Notes under the pieces: generated by a model
The model's input: the letters and a program-made list of their open reading frames with translations, nothing else
Database searches by the model: none
Told to the model about the DNA's origin: nothing
In this document: in pieces, positions 59,503 through 64,000 of the stretch
How the letters are laid out: each line of letters starts with the position of its first letter
How positions within the stretch are numbered: the first letter of the stretch is position 1
Assembly: GCA_044450345.1 (NCBI GenBank)
Contig: JBIOIY010000003.1
Coordinates: forward strand, 64,001-128,000
DNA: 64,000 bases
From: Thermodesulfovibrionales bacterium
Lineage (GTDB): Bacteria > Nitrospirota > Thermodesulfovibrionia > Thermodesulfovibrionales > UBA6898
Reading direction: 5' to 3'
Position numbers and translations under genes: made by a program

Positions 59503-60195
59503 ATGCTGCTGTGTGATTTCCATATCCACACTACCTATTCAGACGGCTCGGTGGAGCTGAGAAGGACAATCGATTTATTCGGACAGGCAGGCTTCGATGT
59601 CATTGCAATAACAGACCATGTGGTGAATGGTGATAATCCACTGGGCAAACTTGCACATCGTTTTAAGTATTCTGTAACAGCCGCTAACTTTGGCAAATAT
59701 ATCTCCCACATAAAAGAAGAAGCGGAAAGGGCCCAGGACAAATATGACATGCTCGTCATCCCCGGAATTGAAATAACCAAAAACCATCTCAGCCCGGACA
59801 ACTCAGCCCACATGCTGATCATCGATATCCAGGACTTTATCCCCGCCTGCATGGGGTATGAAGAGATATTCCTGGCGGCGAAGAAACAGAAAGCCCTGAC
59901 GATAGCTTGCCACCCGCATTATATGTCGGCGAAGAGCGACCGGGACACGCTTTTTCTCTGGAACAACAGGGAAAAATATGCACGCTACATCGATGCCTGG
60001 GAGATCGCTAACAGAGATGACGTCTTCAATGTTATTAGCCTGAAAAAGTATCCTTATATCGCAAACAGCGACTTCCATAAGCCCAGACATCTTTACTCCT
60101 GGAAGACGCTTCTGAATTGCGCGAAGGGCATAGACTCCATAAAGCAGTGCATCAGACATAACAAGGGTGTTGCATTGACGCTCTTCAGAAATTAG
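59503..60195 (+). CDS. PHP-domain metal-dependent phosphoesterase
   Basis: DFHIHTTYSDG, AITDH, GIEIT, CHPH, NSDFH. Confidence 0.9.
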   Translation: MLLCDFHIHTTYSDGSVELRRTIDLFGQAGFDVIAITDHVVNGDNPLGKLAHRFKYSVTAANFGKYISHIKEEAERAQDKYDMLVIPGIEITKNHLSPDNSAHMLIIDIQDFIPACMGYEEIFLAAKKQKALTIACHPHYMSAKSDRDTLFLWNNREKYARYIDAWEIANRDDVFNVISLKKYPYIANSDFHKPRHLYSWKTLLNCAKGIDSIKQCIRHNKGVALTLFRN

Positions 60196-60198
60196 GAG

Positions 60199-61413
60199 GT
60201 GAACATGATTTTATTCTGGATCTTTGCAGGCATTACCTGCTTTGGGATGATCGGATATCTGCTTCAAATTGTCGCGGTCCGGTCATATACGGCTCCCCCC
60301 AACTCAGGGGAAAGCATGCGCTTTCCCCGATCTTTTTCTCCTGTCTCAATCCTTAAACCGCTCAAAGGTCTTGATGACGGCCTGTTCGACAACCTCGAAA
60401 GCTTCTGCAATCTTGATTATCCTCACTATGAGATCATCTTTGCACTGCAGAACCAGAATGACCCGGCCCATAAAGTGGTAAGGAAGATAAAGGAGAAATA
60501 CCCTTTAAAAGACATAACCATTGTCGTCGAACATTGCGATGAGGGGCTGAACCCCAAAGTAAACAATCTTATCCCGGCGTACAAAAGGGCCAAATATGAC
60601 CTTATATTGATCAGCGACAGTAATGTCCGCGTGGGAAAAGACTATCTGGCGGATATTTCTCAGCACATGGATGACCCGTCTGTGGGGCTTGTCAGCAATA
60701 TGATCAGGGGCGTAAGCGGTCGGTCCCTTGGCGCCGTTATGGAAAATCTCCACCTGAACTCCTTTATAGTGGGAAGCGTCTGCTTCCTCGACAAATATCT
60801 CAAGATGCCTTGTGTCGTGGGCAAGTCAATGCTGATGAGGAAGACCGACCTCGAAGCTATAGGGGGTTTCTCGTCCGTAAAGGACTTTCTTGCGGAGGAC
60901 TACATCATCGGCGAAAGAATTCACGCGCTCGGCAAAAGGGTCGTCCTTTCCTGTCATCTTATCAATAATGTCAATGAATACTGGGGCGTAAAGAGGTTTT
61001 TAAACCGTCATACAAGATGGGGAAAGCTGAGATGGCACATCGGAGGCGCAAAGTATTTCTCTGAATTGGCCGGCAATGCCGTGTTCATGTCCTTTATGCC
61101 GGTGGTCATAATGCCGATGTCCAAAGTGTCTTTATTGTTGGCTGCGGCCGTCAGTTCCCTGAAAATAGTTCATGATTTCTACATCGGCAAAAAACTTCGT
61201 GCTGATATGAATCCCCTTCTCTATTTGTTGTCCCCTGTCAAGGACCTTATTATCGGATTCGTATGGTTTGTGCCGATCCTGAGCAACACCGTGGCCTGGA
61301 GAGGCAACAGATATATCATCGGCAAGGACTCGGTGCTCTCACGCTATCCCGATGACAGTTTCTGGTCGTGGCGGTACAGGATCATGGACGTAATAAAAAC
61401 AAGGATTGCATAG
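60199..61413 (+). CDS. Ceramide glucosyltransferase-like (GT21/HpnI-like) glycosyltransferase
   Basis: SILKPLKG, NPKVNNL, ISDSNV, LAEDY, RHTRW, VAWRG; N- and C-terminal TM; start 60199 or 60205. Confidence 0.88.
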   Translation: MNMILFWIFAGITCFGMIGYLLQIVAVRSYTAPPNSGESMRFPRSFSPVSILKPLKGLDDGLFDNLESFCNLDYPHYEIIFALQNQNDPAHKVVRKIKEKYPLKDITIVVEHCDEGLNPKVNNLIPAYKRAKYDLILISDSNVRVGKDYLADISQHMDDPSVGLVSNMIRGVSGRSLGAVMENLHLNSFIVGSVCFLDKYLKMPCVVGKSMLMRKTDLEAIGGFSSVKDFLAEDYIIGERIHALGKRVVLSCHLINNVNEYWGVKRFLNRHTRWGKLRWHIGGAKYFSELAGNAVFMSFMPVVIMPMSKVSLLLAAAVSSLKIVHDFYIGKKLRADMNPLLYLLSPVKDLIIGFVWFVPILSNTVAWRGNRYIIGKDSVLSRYPDDSFWSWRYRIMDVIKTRIA

Positions 61414-61437
61414 CGCATGCATGATAAGGAGGTGCCA

Positions 61438-61647
61438 GTGCATTGCTCGCTCAATCAAATCCCGACTGACAATCGGTTGCACGCGGACCATTCCTGCTGC
61501 CCTTACAATGGTGCAGCCACCGGCATATGTTCCGCATCCCTTTCTACAATGATGATTGTTCCAAGCATGAGGGAAGGATATTGCGAAAATGAGAATTACG
61601 ATAATTGCCCTATTTTCTTATCCAAAATCCTGAGAAAAAAGACATAA
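61438..61647 (+). CDS. Small Cys-rich protein, paralog B
   Basis: AAGGAGG RBS before GTG 61438; CPY..IC-x17-C-x4-Y-x2-C-x2-F. Confidence 0.7.
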   Translation: MHCSLNQIPTDNRLHADHSCCPYNGAATGICSASLSTMMIVPSMREGYCENENYDNCPIFLSKILRKKT

Positions 61648-61674
61648 TCCGTGTCTTCTTATATGGAGGTGTGC

Positions 61675-62046
61675 GTGACGCAACAGAAAAAGATACTTAT
61701 CATCGATGACGACATCCGATATCTTGTTGATGCGAAACGCTGTTTGCAGTCTCGTGGCTATGCGGTGAGTATCCATGAGTATTCAGCCGGCTCGCCTGTC
61801 ATGATCAGAAATATGAAGCCGGATGTTGTGTTACTCAATATCAGAATGGGTGACCTGTCCGAGGAGAAACTATCATACCTCCTCGGTGCAAACCGGCATG
61901 CACGGGGAGTTCCCGTGGTATTCTATTCCTCCCATGACGAGGAAGGCCTCAGGAATGCCGCCGTCCGCCACGAGGCCGAGGGATATATCCGCAAAGGCGA
62001 CGTCTCCCTGCTTTGCGATGAGATAGGTGTTTTTTGTCCCCATTGA
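61675..62046 (+). CDS. Single-domain receiver protein with Asn at the phosphoacceptor position
   Basis: KKILIIDDD, PDVVLLNIRM, VPVVFYSS, GYIRK; GGAGG RBS. Confidence 0.82.
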   Translation: MTQQKKILIIDDDIRYLVDAKRCLQSRGYAVSIHEYSAGSPVMIRNMKPDVVLLNIRMGDLSEEKLSYLLGANRHARGVPVVFYSSHDEEGLRNAAVRHEAEGYIRKGDVSLLCDEIGVFCPH

Positions 62047-62081
62047 ATCGAGAAACAAGATTTACTTGAGGAGATCAAAAG

Positions 62082-62651
62082 GTGGAGAAGAGAAGCATGG
62101 ATAAAATCGCAATCATTGATATAGACAATACTTTGTGGCAGTTCAGCGATGCCTTCTTTGAAGAACTGAGAAAGATAAACAAGGACTTCCCGACACCGGA
62201 AAACTGGACACATTGGTGGAGTATATGGCAGGGATATTGTACTGAGCAGGATTTTTATGGGGCGATAAATGCTATTCACATGAAGCAAGACAGCGACAAT
62301 TATCAGCCCTATCCTGAAGCCAAAAGCTTCCTTTCGGGGATGAAACAAAGTGGCTATCATATCACCATAGCGAGTCACCGTTCCCCTGAGTTTATGGACC
62401 AGACTGAGAGATGGCTGAAAAAGCACGGATTGCTGCATGACGATATCTACCTGTCCCACCATAAGACCGAGTTATTCAATACAGAGACAAATGTGGTGGT
62501 GGACGATGCACCAGAGGTATTGGAGAGGGCAGTTGAGAATGGAGCGTTAGCAACGGGATTATTATTTCCCTGGAATCGTGCCTTTCGTAATAATGGGTTC
62601 AGGCTTTGCAGTAACCTTGATGAGATATTGGATGGTATCCTGAAGCAGTGA
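62082..62651 (+). CDS. HAD-superfamily 5'(3')-nucleotidase-like protein
   Basis: IDIDNTL motif I, IASHR, TERWL, VVDD motif IV, PWN. Confidence 0.78.
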   Translation: MEKRSMDKIAIIDIDNTLWQFSDAFFEELRKINKDFPTPENWTHWWSIWQGYCTEQDFYGAINAIHMKQDSDNYQPYPEAKSFLSGMKQSGYHITIASHRSPEFMDQTERWLKKHGLLHDDIYLSHHKTELFNTETNVVVDDAPEVLERAVENGALATGLLFPWNRAFRNNGFRLCSNLDEILDGILKQ

Positions 62652-62973
62652 GTATATCTATCCCGGAAAAAACCGGTGTTCAACAAGGATGGTGATTTAA
62701 TCTGGTATACGGAGGCAGCTACCTTTTGTTGAAACGTATAGAAAGATTGATCGCTATTATAATTGATCTGTTAAAAAGCCTTGCATTGCTTGAGTATTCG
62801 GTTGATATCCTTGAATCGGTCGAAAAAACCCACGGGGGCGGAATTAATTCTTCTGATTAATGTTTGCAGTACGTGCACGAGAGACGCAAAATCATTTCTC
62901 CAACAGGAAAGCATGATATATCAAGTCGTCTTTCAATTTAATGACCCGTGCATCCTTGGTTTTAAAGCAGGTG

Positions 62974-63585
62974 TTATATTTTGACCAGATCGAGTGTCAC
63001 CTTGATAGCCGCTCCGATCAGTGCGGCTTCTTCTTTGCTCATCTCGCCCAGGCTACCGCGTCTTTCTGTCATTCTCCGGAAACGCGTGAAGTCCGTCGGT
63101 AGTGCTTCGGTGTCTATCAAATACGCGATCCCCTGAATAATCTCGCCTATTCTTTCCGGAGATTTTGCTTCTCCTTCCAGTTTGGCGAAATACTGAACCT
63201 TGATTTTCGCCCTGGTGACGTCATAGTCCACGTCCTTCACGCGATGAAGCGCCAGAATTGCGTAATCGCCTAGGGCTTGCCAGAATAGTTCGTCATATTC
63301 TTGCCACTTTGGCAGCGAGAAGCGCAGTAACGCGGGCCTTTTTCTTCCTATCTGCGGGATGCATTTTTCAAGCGCGACAACTAAATCCCCAACCTTGTTC
63401 TTGTCTATCTGATCAAGCATCTCATATAGCTTGCGCCGCTGATGTCTCCGAAGGAGCTTCTCGATCTGCTCCAATACGTTCCCCTGTCCAGGGTGCGTGC
63501 CTAATTTATCGAGAACATTGTTCGTTGATTTATCCATGACATTCCTTCCCGGGACGCTGTCTTTTCTAGATGATACTTGACACAT
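62974..63585 (-). CDS. Hypothetical protein
   Basis: 203-aa ORF with helical, protein-like composition; no recognised motif; start may be ~63537. Confidence 0.5.
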   Translation of the reverse strand: MCQVSSRKDSVPGRNVMDKSTNNVLDKLGTHPGQGNVLEQIEKLLRRHQRRKLYEMLDQIDKNKVGDLVVALEKCIPQIGRKRPALLRFSLPKWQEYDELFWQALGDYAILALHRVKDVDYDVTRAKIKVQYFAKLEGEAKSPERIGEIIQGIAYLIDTEALPTDFTRFRRMTERRGSLGEMSKEEAALIGAAIKVTLDLVKI

Positions 63586-63723
63586 CGGGATGAGTCAAGC
63601 GGTGAATGGTTTGGGTAGAGAGACTCACCTTTGTCCGCCCGGCAGGGCTCAAACCGGAACAGGTGGCCCGGCTAAATCGGAATCAATAGTCTGAATACTC
63701 CGAAAAATGCTTTTCCCCTTGAT

Positions 63724-63800
63724 GTAATAAGAAACATTTATACATGTAACAGAAAATTAACACTCCTTTAATAATCCATTAACAGACCGTTTGCTATGCT
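63724..63800 (+). promoter_or_regulatory. Pho-box-like array plus -10 for paralog C
   Basis: GTAATA 63724, GTAACA/TTAACA/TTAATA/TTAACA at 63746/57/68/79, then 10 nt and TGc-TATGCT. Confidence 0.72.
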
Positions 63801-63819
63801 ACTGACCAGGGAGGCAACT

Positions 63820-64000
63820 ATGAATATACAATACATTATCTGTCCCCATCTTAAAGGCAGTTATGACGGAGCGGTCTGCAGCAGCGTCAGCAAGTTGATC
63901 AAGAACATAGAAGACGTCACCATTAAATTGTGTATGGGCAGGCATTACGAGGTATGCTCGATATATCGGGAGTCTCTGCTCCCTCAGGAGCCTGTCAGTG
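63820..64000 (+). CDS. Small Cys-rich protein, paralog C (runs off the window end; absent from the ORF track)
   Basis: GGAGG RBS; MNIQYIICPHLKGSYDGAVC-x17-CMGRHYEVCSIY. Confidence 0.72.
   Translation, partial: MNIQYIICPHLKGSYDGAVCSSVSKLIKNIEDVTIKLCMGRHYEVCSIYRESLLPQEPVS

Noticed and set aside
62781..62984. 67-aa ORF with a CxxC
   Set aside because: TTG start without RBS, and it lacks the x17 four-Cys pattern of paralogs A-C.
1..64000. CRISPR array, rRNA, transposase, integrase or prophage
   Set aside because: No repeat-spacer array, rRNA-like segment or mobile-element protein motif was recognised.

Overview
Bacterial chromosomal window of moderate GC. The gene set resembles Nitrospirota/Desulfobacterota-type anaerobes (inference only). 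Positions 0-29 kb hold housekeeping genes: hppA, trpEG, tRNA-Gly/tRNA-Cys, slt, proA-nadD-rsfS-rlmH-lapB, tig-clpPX, rpmB, infB-rbfA-DHH-truB. Positions 29-43 kb hold type IV pilus pilMNOPQ, separated from aroC-aroK-aroB by a four-gene cassette. In that cassette a CPBP (CAAX/Abi) intramembrane protease sits between two large secreted proteins ending in the same GGGC-linker-D-TM-basic tail, suggesting a dedicated C-terminal protein-sorting system. Positions 45-64 kb form a phosphate-related region (DUF47, pit, phoB-phoR, second phoB, phoH, mgsA, metallophosphoesterase, DedA, GH1, PHP, GT21-like glycosyltransferase, HAD). Eight promoters there share an 11-bp-periodic hexamer array 9-10 bp upstream of a -10 box (Pho-box architecture). 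Three tiny proteins, each downstream of such a promoter, share an identical C-x17-C-x4-(Y/W)-x2-C-x2-(Y/F) spacing and look like an undescribed small metalloprotein family. All calls come from motif recognition; no database searches were run.
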